Part shown: piece by piece, positions 63,572 through 64,000 of the stretch | How the letters are laid out: the number at the start of each line of letters is the position of its first letter | Position numbering within the stretch: the stretch's first letter is position 1 | Origin: Vicugna vicugna | Lineage: Eukaryota | NCBI GenBank assembly: GCA_013265495.1 | Contig: MU058213.1 | Coordinates: 6,035,149 to 6,099,148 of the forward strand | DNA length: 64,000 bases | Direction of reading: 5' to 3' | Position numbers and translations under genes: made by a program | The notes under the pieces: model-generated | Database searches by the model: none | Told to the model about the DNA's origin: nothing | What the model saw: the letters and a program-made list of their open reading frames with translations, nothing else

Positions 63572-64000
63572 GTAAGTACTCTTCCGTAAGCTGTGGAAAG
63601 CACTCGAGTATGAGTTTGGGGTATGAGAGGATGTGCATGTATGTGTGTTTGCATTTCCACGTAAATATTTTGGCATATGTGAGAGTCTGTTTTAGCACAA
63701 ACTCTTTATATTTTCCTAGCACAGCAGGGGAAGGAGCACACTGATAAACCCTGACAGCAGACTTTCTTTAAAACAAGGTAGATCAGGCTCGCTGTGTCCG
63801 GGCCCAGTGTAGTCGCCAGGCAGCTTCAGTGTACCGGCCCCCCTTGACCCAGTGCCCTGGGCGGGGCACCCAGCAAGCAGGGAAGGCTGGCCGGCATGTG
63901 GTCTGGAACAGCAAGCATCCAACTTGGGTGGCTCTGTGGAGGCTTGGGTATTCAGGTGACATCACTCAGGGCCTTTGTCCAGCATCTGTTAGGACAATGA

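Noticed and set aside
1..64000. Novel multi-gene, defence, CRISPR or prokaryote-type system
   Set aside because: The window is accounted for by two known spliced mammalian genes plus common interspersed repeats; no repeat-spacer arrays, operons or long unexplained ORFs were seen.

Overview
Mammalian genomic DNA, probably a camelid (inferred from a young tRNA-headed SINE family that resembles the camelid SINE). The window carries two + strand multi-exon genes in tandem. (1) RNF111/Arkadia, a SUMO-targeted RING-H2 E3 ligase: the 3' part of its large first coding exon (entered mid-exon), 12 further coding exons, TGA at 40004-40006, and a ~1.5 kb 3'UTR ending near an AATAAA at 41517. (2) CCNB2/cyclin B2: a CpG-island promoter with three phased CCAAT boxes and a CHR element, plus coding exons 1-8 (362 codons; the last exon lies beyond the window). 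This matches the RNF111-CCNB2 order known from human. Introns and the ~7 kb intergenic region are filled with SINEs, L1/L2, MIR, DNA-transposon relics and LTRs. I see no evidence of a wholly new gene system. The most noteworthy sequence-level observations are a diverged ~135 bp direct duplication between RNF111's last intron and its 3'UTR, a GC-AG intron in CCNB2, three in-frame tandem acceptors in RNF111, three similarly truncated L1-3'-end inserts, and inverted young retroposon pairs around RNF111 exons. Exon numbering follows the human gene from memory; repeat family names are by-eye recognition and their boundaries are approximate.
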